A stretch of DNA of 64,000 nt, taken from positions 4,960,001 through 5,024,000 of the forward strand of contig CATNEN010000005.1 in the NCBI GenBank assembly GCA_950097015.1, written 5' to 3'. The stretch comes from Macrostomum hystrix. Its lineage: Eukaryota; Animalia; Platyhelminthes. This document shows, one piece after another, positions 1 through 10,938 of this stretch (position 1 is the first letter of the stretch; the number at the start of each line of letters is the position of its first letter). The translations under genes were made by a program, and so were the position numbers. The notes beneath the pieces are model-generated. The model searched no databases and was not told the origin of the DNA. It saw nothing but the letters and a program-made list of their open reading frames with translations.

Positions 1-540
1 TTAGATACAGTTCTCTGGATTTTAGATACAGTTCTCTGGATTTTAGATACAGTTCTCTGGATTTTAGATACAGTTCTCTGGATTATAGATACAGTTCTCT
101 GGATTTTAGATACAGTTCTCTGGATTTTAGACACAGTTCTCTGGATTTTAGATACAGTTCTCTGGATTTTAGATACAGTTCTCTGGATTTTAGATACAGT
201 TCTCTGGATTTTAGATACAGTTCTCTGGATTTTAGATACAGTTCTCTGGATTTTAGATACAGTTCTCTGGATTATAGATACAGTTCTCTGGATTTTAGAT
301 ACAGTTCTCTGGATTATAGATACAGTTCTCTGGATTATAGATACAGTTCTCTGGATTTTAGATACAGTTCTCTGGATTTTAGACACAGTTCTCTGGATGT
401 TAGACACAGTTCTCTGGATTTTAGACACAGTTCTCTGGATGTTAGACACAGTTCTCTGGATTTTAGATACAGTTCTCCGGATGTTAGACACAGTTCTCTG
501 GATTTTAGATACAGTTCTCCGGATGTTAGACACAGTTCCC
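1..540. repeat. 21-bp minisatellite (TTAGATACAGTTCTCTGGATT), intronic in OCA2, runs off the window edge
   Basis: Period 21 read directly (unit starts at 1, 22, ...). ORFs 335-568 and 397-681 are repeat artefacts. Confidence 0.97.
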
Positions 541-566
541 TTGGTGTTAGGCACCGGAAATGTTTC

Positions 567-1006
567 AACTCACCCCCACTGCAGGTTGGATAGCGGTGAT
601 GGGTGCCATAAACTCACCCCCACTGCAGGTTGGATAGCGGTGATGGGTGCCATAAACTCACCCCCACTGCAGGTTGGATAGCGGTGATGGGTGCCATAAA
701 CTCACCCCCACTGCAGGTTGGATAGCGGTGATGGGTGCAATAAACTCACCCCCACTGCAGGTTGGATAGCGGTGATGGGTGCCATAAACTCACCCCCACT
801 GCAGGTTGGATAGCGGTGATGGGTGCAATAAACTCACCCCCACTGCAGGTTGGATAGCGGTGATGGGTGCAATAAACTCACCCCCACTGCAGGTTGGATA
901 GCGGTGATGGGTGCAATAAACTCACCCCCACTGCAGGTTGGATAGCGGTGATGGGTGCCATAAACTCACCCCCACTGCAGGTTGGATAGCGGTGATGGGT
1001 GCCATA
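567..1006 (+). repeat. 44-bp tandem repeat, 10 copies, each = 18 nt of intron 3' end + 26 nt of OCA2 exon start
   Basis: Unit AACTCACCCCCACTGCAG|GTTGGATAGCGGTGATGGGTGC(C/A)ATA starts at 567, 611, ... 963. The last copy continues into the coding exon. Confidence 0.95.
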
Positions 1007-2568
1007 GCTCTGCTAGTGCTGACAGACTTTGCCGATTTGGACACCCTGCTGCACCGCATCGAGTGGAGCACTCTGGTGTTCTTTGCCGCATTGTTCGCCA
1101 TGATGGAAGCGCTGGGCCAGCTGGGTCTGACTGGCTGGATTGGAGATCAGGTTCGCCAAGTCATTCTGGCACTGCCCGAGTCTGCTAGGCTTCCAGTGGC
1201 GCTCATTGTGATCCTGTGGACCAGTGCTGTGGCTTCTGCGTTCATTGATAACATTCCATTCACCGCGGCTATGGTACCTGTGGTGCTGCAGCTTGGCGAC
1301 CTGCTGCCACTGCTGCCTCTGGTTTGGGCCCTGGCTTTCGGCGTGTGCTTCGGCGGCAACGGCACACTGATTGGAGCTTCGGCGAATGTTGTTGCGGCCG
1401 GGGTGGCCGAACAGAACGGATACCCGTTTAGCTTTGTGCACTTCTTGCGGTGAGACTCTGCTCTCTGTTCTGCTCTCAAACTAATTGGTTGTTTAAATTT
1501 GTAAGTTTTTCACTGTGGTGACGCGTTTGAAGATGTTGGTTTTGTCTCTGCAGTGACGCGTTTGAAGATGTTGGTTTTGTCTCTGCAGTGACGCGTTTGA
1601 AGATGTTGGTTTTGTCTCTGCAGTGACGCGTTTGAAGATGTTGGTTTTGTCTCTGTAGTGCCGCGTTTGAAGATGTTGGTTTCGTCTCTGTAGTGACGCG
1701 TTTGAAGATGTTGGTTTTGTCTCTGCAGTGACGCGTTTGAAGATGTTTGTTTCATCTCTGTAGTGCCACGTTTGAAGATGTTGGTTTCGTCTCTGTAGTG
1801 CCACGTTTGAAGATGTTGGTTTCGTCTCTGCAGTGACGCGTTTGAAGATGTTGGTTTCGTCTCTGCAGTGACGCGTTTGAAGATGTTGGTTTCGTCTCTG
1901 TAGTGCCGCGTTTGAAGATGTTGGTTTCGTCTCTGTAGTGACGCGTTTGAAGATGTTGGTTTTGTCTCTGCAGTGACGCGTTTGAAGATGTTTGTTTCAT
2001 CTCTGTAGTGCCACGTTTGAAGATGTTGGTTTCGTCTCTGCAGTGACGCGTTTGAAGATGTTGGTTTCGTCTCTGCAGTGACGCAGTTAAGGTTTCTCGT
2101 TTCGTCTCTTTAGTGACGTGTTTGAAGTTCTTGGGTGCTTTAGAAGGCCCCAAAGAGAAGGCTAGGGACTTGTCGCGCAATTTAGAACAGTGAGAGCCAA
2201 CCTCCAAGGCACAGTGAGACTGTACACTGCCTGGCGATGAGAAAGTGTGGGCAGATGTACGCACCTGTGTGAGTGGGTGTCTGAGTACAGTATCTGTGTG
2301 CGTGGTGTGCTCAGGAGTCAAAGAAATGGGCAGAATTTCCTCTCGCTGTCTTAGGGTCTAGTGTCACCAAATGGATATGCCAGTGTCCACAGACCCCTGG
2401 GAGTTAATTTACAGTCATTGTTTTAAGACAATGAGCTAGGAGTAAAAAAGACACTAAAGAAGCTCACTAAATTACAGATTCGGTTGTCCTGTGCTTCTCG
2501 TCACGGTGACTGTGGCCACTGTCTACCTGCTACTGTGCCACGCAGTTATAGGATGGAACTATTCCTAG
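981..2568 (+). CDS. OCA2: P protein / OCA2 (ArsB-NhaD/SLC13-like transporter), last two coding exons: 981-1449 and 2478-2568
   Basis: GWIAVMGAIALLVL..HRIEWSTLVFFAALF..IDNIPFT..GGNGTLIGASANVV..FLR matches the OCA2 C-terminal region. Donor GTGAGA at 1450 (phase 2). Acceptor TTACAG at 2477 gives R-FGCPVLLVTVTVATVYLLLCHAVIGWNYS*, like human LGFPMM..HVVVGWN*. The 5' exons lie outside the window. Confidence 0.93.
1518..2085. repeat. 35-bp minisatellite (GTGACGCGTTTGAAGATGTTGGTTTTGTCTCTGCA) in the last OCA2 intron
   Basis: Unit starts at 1518, 1553, ... The minus-strand ORFs here are repeat artefacts. Confidence 0.95.
2140..2390 (+). mobile_element. SINE family A body (5'-truncated, diverged)
   Basis: Shares GCCAACCTCCAAGGCA..GTACACTG..GATGAGAAAGT..GGCAGATGTAC..GCTCAGGAGTCA..GCAGAATT..GGGTCTAGTGTCACCAAATG with the copies at 7.0, 10.7, 56.2 and 57.1 kb. 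Confidence 0.8.
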
Positions 2569-3116
2569 GAAAATACTGATTCAATGAAGGAAGGACAGAT
2601 AAATACTAACCTGATTGTTTTTACGTCATAATTTACGAGATTAGATTTGACCACTTATTTAAACTTGCTTTTGTCATAGTATTGAAAAATTCACTTTGAA
2701 ACAGCCTCAAAACCTTAATTATAATATTTTAGCTAGAACTACAATTAATAAACTAAATTAGTTGATAACTCAGAATCGCAGCAGGAATCGTAGCTGGAGT
2801 CGAAGCAGGAATCTTAGCAGGATGCTGTAATTTTAGGATCGTCTCCACACAATTTCTTCTATTTCATTTGCGCTCGTAACTGAAATATCAAATGGTTGAG
2901 TGATCTTTGAATATGTAAATATATAATAAATACATGCGTCAAGTACTGCTTGAAGTACAATGCACTGACAGGGCAGTGCTTAACTGTTTTCGATCACAAA
3001 ATATAATAGTCTTAAGCAGACTATCTTTGTCATATCGAGTCAGGCAGACTTTATATCCCTAATTTAAATAGGAAATCATCATCTCACTCATTTCCGAAAT
3101 CTCCTCTTTCATCTCC

Positions 3117-5695
3117 TTCATAGTCGCATCTACTCTCTTCATCTCAGTCATAGTCGCATCTACTCTCTTCATCTCAGTCATAGTCGCATCTACTCTCTTC
3201 ATCTCAGTCATAGTCGCATCTACTCTCTTCATCTCAGTCAGAGTCACATCTATTCTCTTCATCTCAGTCATAGTCGCATCTATTCTCTTCATCTCAGTCA
3301 TAGTCGCATCTATTCTCTTCATCTCAGTCATAGTCGCATCTATTCTCTTCATCTCAGTCATAGTCGCATCTACTCTCTTCATCTCAGTCATAGTCGCATC
3401 TACTCTCTTCATCTCAGTCAGAGTCACATCTACTCTCTTCATCTCAGTCATAGTCGCATCTATTCTCTTCATCTCAGTCATAGTCGCATCTACTCTCTTC
3501 ATCTCAGTCATAGTCGCATCTACTCTCTTCATCTCAGTCATAGTCGCATCTATTCTCTTCATCTCAGTCATAGTCGCATCTATTCTCTTCATCTCAGTCA
3601 TAGTCGCATCTATTCTCTTCATCTCAGTCATAGTCGCATCTATTCTCTTCATCTCAGTCATAGTCGCATCTATTCTTTTCATCTCAGTCATAGTCGCATC
3701 TACTCTCTTCATCTCAGTCATAGTCGCATCTACTCTCTTCATCTCAGTCATAGTCGCATCTACTGTCTTCATCTCAGTCATAGTCACATCTACTCCCTTC
3801 ATCTCAGTCATAGTCGCATCTATTCTTTTCATCTCAGTCATAGTCGCATCTACTCTCTTCATCTCAGTCATAGTCGCATCTACTCTCTTCATCTCAGTCA
3901 TAGTCGCATCTACTGTCTTCATCTCAGTCATAGTCACATCTACTCCCTTCATCTCAGTCATAGTCGCATCTATTCTTTTCATCTCAGTCATAGTCGCATC
4001 TATTCTCTTCATCTCAGTCATAGTCGCATCTAATCTCTTCATCTCAGTCATAGTCGCATCTATTCTTTTCATCTCAGTCATAGTCGCATCTATTCTCTTC
4101 ATCTCAGTCATAGTCGCATCTATTCTTTTCATCTCAGTCATAGTCGCATCTACTGTCTTCATCTCAGTCATAGTCACATCTACTCCCTTCATCTCAGTCA
4201 TAGTCGCATCTATTCTTTTCATCTCAGTCATAGTCGCATCTACTCTCTTCATCTCAGTCATAGTCGCATCTACTCTCTTCATCTCAGTCATAGTCGCATC
4301 TGCTCTCTTCATCTCAGTCATAGTCGCATCTATTCTCTTCATCTCAGTCATAGTCGCATCTAATCTCTTCATCTCAGTCATAGTCGCATCTACTGTCTTC
4401 ATCTCAGTCATAGTCACATCTACTCCCTTCATCTCAGTCATAGTCGCATCTATTCTTTTCATCTCAGTCATAGTCGCATCTACTCTCTTCATCTCAGTCA
4501 TAGTCGCATCTATTCTCTTCATCTCAGTCATAGTCGCATCTACTCTCTTCATCTCAGTCATAGTCGCATCTACTCTCTTCATCTCAGTCATAGTCGCATC
4601 TACTCTCTTCATCTCAGTCATAGTCGCATCTACTCTCTTCATCTCAGTCATAGTCGCATCTATTCTCTTCATCTCAGTCATAGTCGCATCTAATCTCTTC
4701 ATCTCAGTCATAGTCGCATCTACTGTCTTCATCTCAGTCATAGTCACATCTACTCCCTTCATCTCAGTCATAGTCGCATCTATTCTTTTCATCTCAGTCA
4801 TAGTCGCATCTACTCTCTTCATCTCAGTCATAGTCGCATCTATTCTCTTCATCTCAGTCATAGTCGCATCTACTCTCTTCATCTCAGTCATAGTCGCATC
4901 TACTCTCTTCATCTCAGTCATAGTCGCATCTACTCTCTTCATCTCAGTCATAGTCGCATCTACTCTCTTCATCTCAGTCATAGTCGCATCTACTCTCTTC
5001 ATCTCAGTCATAGTCGCATCTACTCTCTTCATCTCAGTCATAGTCGCATCTACTCTCTTCATCTCAGTCATAGTCGCATCTACTGTCTTCATCTCAGTCA
5101 TAGTCACATCTACTCCCTTCATCTCAGTCATAGTCGCATCTATTCTTTTCATCTCAGTCATAGTCGCATCTATTCTCTTCATCTCAGTCATAGTCGCATC
5201 TAATCTCTTCATCTCAGTCATAGTCGCATCTATTCTTTTCATCTCAGTCATAGTCGCATCTATTCTCTTCATCTCAGTCATAGTCGCATCTATTCTTTTC
5301 ATCTCAGTCATAGTCGCATCTACTGTCTTCATCTCAGTCATAGTCACATCTACTCCCTTCATCTCAGTCATAGTCGCATCTATTCTTTTCATCTCAGTCA
5401 TAGTCGCATCTACTCTCTTCATCTCAGTCATAGTCGCATCTACTCTCTTCATCTCAGTCATAGTCGCATCTGCTCTCTTCATCTCAGTCATAGTCGCATC
5501 TACTCTCTTCATCTCAGTCATAGTCGCATCTACTCTCTTCATCTCAGTCATAGTCGCATCTATTCTCTTCATCTCAGTCATAGTCACATCTATTCTCTTT
5601 ATCTCAGTCATAGTCGCATCTACTCTCTTCATCTCAGTCATAGTCGCATCTATTCTCTTTATCTCAGTCATAGTCACATCTACTCTCTTCATCTC
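3117..5695. repeat. 30-bp minisatellite (TAGTCGCATCTACTCTCTTCATCTCAGTCA), about 86 copies
   Basis: Successive 60-nt lines repeat in register. This repeat produces the 898-aa repetitive ORF 3059-5755. Confidence 0.97.
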
Positions 5696-6289
5696 CATCG
5701 ATTCCATCGTAACTGAACAGCAATGAGCTCGCAGAAGCACTATTTTCTGCAGCAAAGAACACGTCAGTGATTCTGCTATGCCTCAAATAATGGGACATTG
5801 TGATTGGGATAGAAATGTGACACGCAATCCCAGCGGCTAGCTAGAGATTTGTCTCTCGCTATGTCAAATCTAATTCCCATTCTCTCACAAGCCTACAGCA
5901 GTGTCCTATTGCGCTTAGAAATTACCTACGATCGGAGCAGATGCTCAGATTGTGGGCATCAATTTGCTTAATCAAGCAGCATTGAAGCTTTTGAGTATGA
6001 GATGAGGCTGACAACTTTGACTTGATGGTTTGGAAGGCTTCGGGGCTACTTAGTCTGTGTGTTTCTAAGTCGGAAATAAATTCAATGTATGGTTTCAATA
6101 GGAAGCTAAGGGTATTAGTACCACCTCTTCATTTGAGAAAGTGTATCCAGATTAGACAACCATTCGTTAAAAAATGCGAAAAGATAATTGGCTAGGCGTA
6201 CCTTAAATCCTTTTTCTCGATTGCACCGTAAGGTGACAATTAAGGTTAAGGAAACATTTTGATCAACTCTACAACTAAGGAGAAAGAAA

Positions 6290-6582
6290 TGAAGGAAGGA
6301 AGGAAGGAAGGAAGGAAGGAAGGAAGGAAGGAAGGAAGGAAGGAAGGAAGGAAGGAAGGAAGGAAGGAAGGAAGGAAGGAAGGAAGGAAGGAAGGAAGGA
6401 AGGAAGGAAGGAAGGAAGGAAGGAAGGAAGGAAGGAAGGAAGGAAGGAAGGAAGGAAGGGAGGGAGGAAGGAAGAAAGGAAGGAAGGGAGGAAGAAAGGA
6501 AGGAAGGAAGGAAGGGAGGGAGGAAGGAAGAAAGGAAGGAAGGACGGAAGGAAGGAAGGAAGGGAGGGAGGAAGGAAGAAAG
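6290..6582. repeat. (GGAA)n microsatellite
   Basis: Read directly. Confidence 0.98.
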
Positions 6583-7029
6583 GTACTGTTTTAAAAGGTT
6601 CTAATCACTACTTAAAACTCAGTCGAAAGTCACGCTCAACCCTGCTCAAGTGAGTATTGCCACATGAACTATTGAGGCAGATAGTGTTGTTCGTTAATCA
6701 GTATGTTTTGTATTCGGTCACACGTCACATACTGCTAAAATAAGCCAGTATAAAAAATTAAGAAGTGCTTTGGGTTTAAAATAAATCACTGCAGGCCAAG
6801 AAATTTCCGGAATAAAATTCTGAAACTGTTCGCAAAAATCTAAATTACTTTTTCAGCAGCAGTTCCATTAAGGGGCATAAAATCTTTAATTAGAAGAGGA
6901 TTACGGCTGAGGCTGGGGACTAACTACTTTAGGCCAACCTAATCACTTAAATTGTAAATTGTTAATATGAGAAGTATAGAAGGAAAATAGCATTACTAAG
7001 CAATTATTTAAAAAAGTAAACAAGGTACG

Positions 7030-7290
7030 TGAGCTCGATTCCGCGGCGAGGCCAAATTCATTTGCGACCCAGCCGCAGAGAGAAGGCTTGGGGGCTTGTC
7101 GTGCAATTTATACTCTTGAGGGCCAACCTCCAAGGCATAGTGTGAGTGTACACTGACTGACGATGAGAAAGTCAGGGCAGATGTACACACCTGTGTGCTT
7201 TTGTGCTCAGGAGTCAGCGAAATCGGCAGAATTGCCTCCTCGCTGGCTGCGGGTCCAGTGTCCCCAAATGATAGGCCATTGCCCGTAGTA
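7030..7290 (+). mobile_element. SINE family A (end of tRNA-like head + body)
   Basis: Degenerate B-box CTCGATTCCGCGGCGAGGCC followed by the family A body. Confidence 0.8.
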
Positions 7291-7344
7291 ATTTTTGTTA
7301 ACAGATTAATAATAATAATTTAATAATTACTGATTACACCTGTC

Positions 7345-7575
7345 CCAATTGGGCCAGATGTGCCGTACAGTTGCTCAGTCCATGGACTGGGGGGACGTCA
7401 AACCCACCCTCAATTACCCCAGCTAATGTTGGAACCCATTAAACAGCTGGGTGAAATGAAGCAATGCAGAGTTAAGCTTCTTGCTTACAGGACACCAATT
7501 TTTCCAGTGGAGTCGGGAATCGAACCCCCGACCTTCAAGTCGTAAGTCTGACGCCCTAACCACTAGGCTACAACC
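7345..7575 (-). mobile_element. SINE family B (tRNA head, CORE/Meta-like middle, CAGTCCATGGACTG tail)
   Basis: Reverse complement reads TTGTAGCCTAGTGGTT (A box)..GGTTCGATTCCC (B box)..TTCACCCAGCTGTTTAATGGG..CCCCAGTCCATGGACTG. Confidence 0.85.
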
Positions 7576-8354
7576 TTTTTTGTAGGTTATTTAAACAGTT
7601 AACCAGTTAGACAGATTAAAACCATGTCTAACAGCTGAGACACCAGTATACAAAATGCAGTCCCTAGCTAACAAATAAACAAACTGTCCAACAGAAACCG
7701 AACTGTGCCAGCAATGCAGTTAATCTGTAATCAGCGCAACTTCAAGCGTAGAACTAACTTTAAAACCGAAGCCCATTCTCAAAGAAATGTTCTCTGAGCG
7801 ACCTTTTTTTCTCTCCATAAGCCAGCACCGCTAATAGAATTTTCTGAGCGATCAGGCGCGACACTATAAATTTTGTAAAGCCAAATTACATATGCTCCAG
7901 TAAGATGAAAGGCAGGAAGTAGTGAAATGGAAAGACAGCTGCATAGGACCCAGCTTGAGACTGGGTGCCTCGAGATGCAGTCCCGGATGCATAATGAAAT
8001 GACACTGAAGTCCCCAGTCTTTCAGCTGAGGTTGACACAAATTGCCTCCCCCCCCTCTCTCCACTCTTCTCAGGCTTCGGGCTAGAAATTGAAGGAGAAA
8101 AAAACCTGAATTATTCACAAAGCCGCGAGGGCGAGAACAGAGTGGAAACAATATGTTACTCGCATTAATCTCAGTCATCAACATATGAGACTAGATCCCG
8201 GTATGAATATAACAGCGGAGATTCTCATTATCGTGACCTTATTCGACGAATCCATTTACTTTCCAATACTCGCAGACAGTTAAGAATCAGCATGTTTCTT
8301 TTCAATTCATTATCGACATTTTCTATATTATCTAAACAAACAGGACGTATTGCA

Positions 8355-8822
8355 ACTGTTAGACTGGGGTGGGACCTGTTAGACAGGGGTGTCAGCTGTT
8401 AGACTAGGGTGTCAGCTGTTAGACTGGGGTGTCAGCTGTTAGACTGGGGTGTCAGCTGTTAGACTGGGGTGTCACCTGTTAGACTGGGGTGTCACCTGTT
8501 AGACTGGTATGTCAGCTGTTAGACTGGGGTGTCAGCTGTTAGACTGGTGTGTCAGCTGTTAGACTAGGGTGTCAGCTGTTAGACTGGGGTGTCAGCTGTT
8601 AGACTGGGGTGTCAGCTGTTAGACTGGGGTGTCAGCTGTTAGACAGGGGTGTCAGCTGTTAGACTGGGGTGTCAGCTGTTAGACTGGGGTGTCAGCTGTT
8701 AGACTGGGGTGTCAGCTGTTAGACAGGGGTGTCAGCTGTTAGACTGGGGTGTCAGCTGTTAGACTGGGGTGTCAGCTGTTAGACTGGGGTGTCAGTTGTT
8801 AGACTGGGGTGTCAGCTGTTAG
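8355..8822. repeat. 20-bp minisatellite (CTGTTAGACTGGGGTGTCAG)
   Basis: Read directly. Confidence 0.97.
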
Positions 8823-9224
8823 TATCCTGAAAACTGTATTGCCACCTGATAGACGGCAATGCTGTCTGTTGCATTCGGTTAATGGCTGTTTAATTATGGT
8901 GCGACCTGTTGTAGCACAATATCCATCATTAGGCATCAATCACCTAATTAGTATCTTTATCTACAGCTGAAACAGTATTTGTCCTCATTCGAAAAGTAGA
9001 TCTAAGGTCTGATTGCAACGCGGGTATAATTGCGGTCTGTTATTCGGGATTCAGGGGAAGCCGCACTTATCATTTATTAAGATCGCTCTCTATGAAAAGA
9101 AAAACTGCCCGTCCTATGATTGTGTCTTCTGACTATTAATTTTATAAAACAACTCATTTTTCGTCAGTGTTGTCGGATTCAACGTGCAGGAATGTCGTTC
9201 CCGCACTCTTTCGCGTGCCGGAAT

Positions 9225-10470
9225 GCAACTGTCTATGGTAAAAACGCCATTGAAATCAAGCAGAAAATCAGTGCAGGAATGATGCGCAATTCTTGCACTG
9301 TAAAGGAAACGGAACATTAATTATAGTATATATAGTTCATTTAAATTCTCATCACGCACACCTCCGTAGCCAGTAGCTTCTCAAATTGTTCTTCAGTGCC
9401 AATAACCTCCAGTCACAGTGCCAATACTTCTTCATTCTCTCGCTCGAATTTGCTTTCTGTAGACAAAACGGCTACAGCATCCGTCGAAACTCCACTCACG
9501 GTGACGTAGTTCAAATCAATTAATGGAGCGCAAAAATTTGTGTCTATGGTGCTAGCCATGTCGAATTCAAATTGGGTTAGATGACTGAGGTGGATCATTG
9601 GTGATTTACATGGAGGGAAAGCTCTAAATAGACAAGTTAATTTCACGACAGTGCAGGAATACATATGTCTATGGCTCAACCCTTTTGAAATCTGATGAAA
9701 TAAAGCTTTCGACGACACTCGGGCTCGTGAGTCTAGCTCGTATCTTTGGTTTAAATGTCTATGGTCTCGTATTAGTAGGGGCTCCGCCCCCACACCACCC
9801 GCAAGGGGACTGCGTCCCCTTGACCCCTGCTTCCTACCACTCTTACATGATGGCTGGCGAACTTGAACGATAGTTGCCTAAGTTGAATGGCGCGTCGACT
9901 GCGCTTACCATAGACTGGCTAACTTGAATGAAGCTTGGCTAAGCTGATTGGCAAAACGTTGAATTTGACGGGAAAAGGGTGTACTGTGTGCAAGAATGTA
10001 TAATTCTTGAACGCTTACGAGTGCGTCAATGATATAGTAATAAACGGCTATGAGTGCTGCAATGTTTTTAACCGAGGGCGCTTAAAAACATTGCAGCACT
10101 CATAGCCGTTTATTACTGGCATTGTATACTTTTGGACCACAGACAGTTGGGGCGTGCAACAATCAGTCTCACGGAGCGGATATAGCCAGCGGTCTCGCGG
10201 GGCGTGCAGCAATCGATTATTTTGTCGATTGGTGCACGCCCGAAATGTCTATGGTCCAAAAGTAGACCGCCTGACTTAGGGCAGCAAGAGAACTCAGTTT
10301 GGGGAAGGCTGTAAGACAGCGAGACGAGCTGGCGGGGTTCGGGACATAGACAGTAAAGGCGTGCAACAATCAGGCTTCATTGGTGGCTGGGAAAAAAACC
10401 CCTCCAAAAGTGTACAATGAATCCAACAACACTGCAATTTCCACACTCTGACTCGTGTGTCTATGGCAAA
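9225..10470. mobile_element. Cluster of short non-autonomous elements bounded by CCATAGAC/GTCTATGG, probably related to the Crypton-like element
   Basis: Six exact GTCTATGG and one CCATAGAC. Inverted repeats at 10130-10164 / 10228-10262. Perfect palindrome at 10036-10117. A 70-nt module is shared with 29645-29715. Confidence 0.55.
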
Positions 10471-10714
10471 AAGCACTGTCCGAGTGCGGAAATATACCAG
10501 TCTAAACTATAAAAGAACGCAGTCATGTTAATAAAAGAGTCGCAGAAATTCTATCTATAATTCGGCTATCGACTAGCAAGAAAAAACTATAACTAAAATG
10601 AATTTGTGTTTCATTTTATTTAGACATTAAACCACTAAATTGACGGTGAATTTTTGTTCCTAAATTTGCGTGTATACATGTAATAATGATAGAATTTGTA
10701 CGGTCTGTGGGTGA

Positions 10715-10885
10715 CACGCGAAATCACAGCAAGCGATTAGACAATTCTGCCTATCCACACGGATACAAACGTCATAGGGGTTGGTCCTCGTGGGTGGAAA
10801 TCGCACGACAAGTCCCCAAAAAGCCTTCTCTCCAAGGGTCTACGTCCCAAATGAATGCGGCGTCGCCGCGGAATCGAGCTCAGGG
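10715..10885 (-). mobile_element. SINE family A, internally deleted copy
   Basis: Reverse complement GAGCTCGATTCCGCGGCG..GAGAGAAGGCT..GACTTGTCGTGCGATTT..GGACCAACC..GGCAGAATTGTC matches 7030-7240 with the middle missing. Confidence 0.7.
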
Positions 10886-10938
10886 ACTCCCACAGTTGCT
10901 GATGAAATCTAGTCATCGAATTTCATAGCGGATCAAAT

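Noticed and set aside
938-980. N-terminal part of ORF 938-1453 (MDSGDGCHKLTPTA)
   Set aside because: It is an out-of-frame reading of the duplicated intron/exon unit. The OCA2 exon begins at 981.
7155-7180. CTGACGA..GAAA in SINE A resembles a hammerhead core
   Set aside because: Stems I and III cannot be formed, and other copies read CTGGCGA or CTGACTA. It is a simple hairpin.
7232-7250. GCCTCCTCGCTGGC in SINE A (also near 56329) is identical to the P3/L3 core of the HDV genomic ribozyme
   Set aside because: It is not followed by a 7-nt P1 strand plus GG, and no P1 or P2 partners could be paired. The motif is not conserved in the copies at 2.3 and 10.7 kb.
9114-9873. Short ORFs in the GTCTATGG cluster
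   Set aside because: No motifs, no splice support and composition unlike the real exons.
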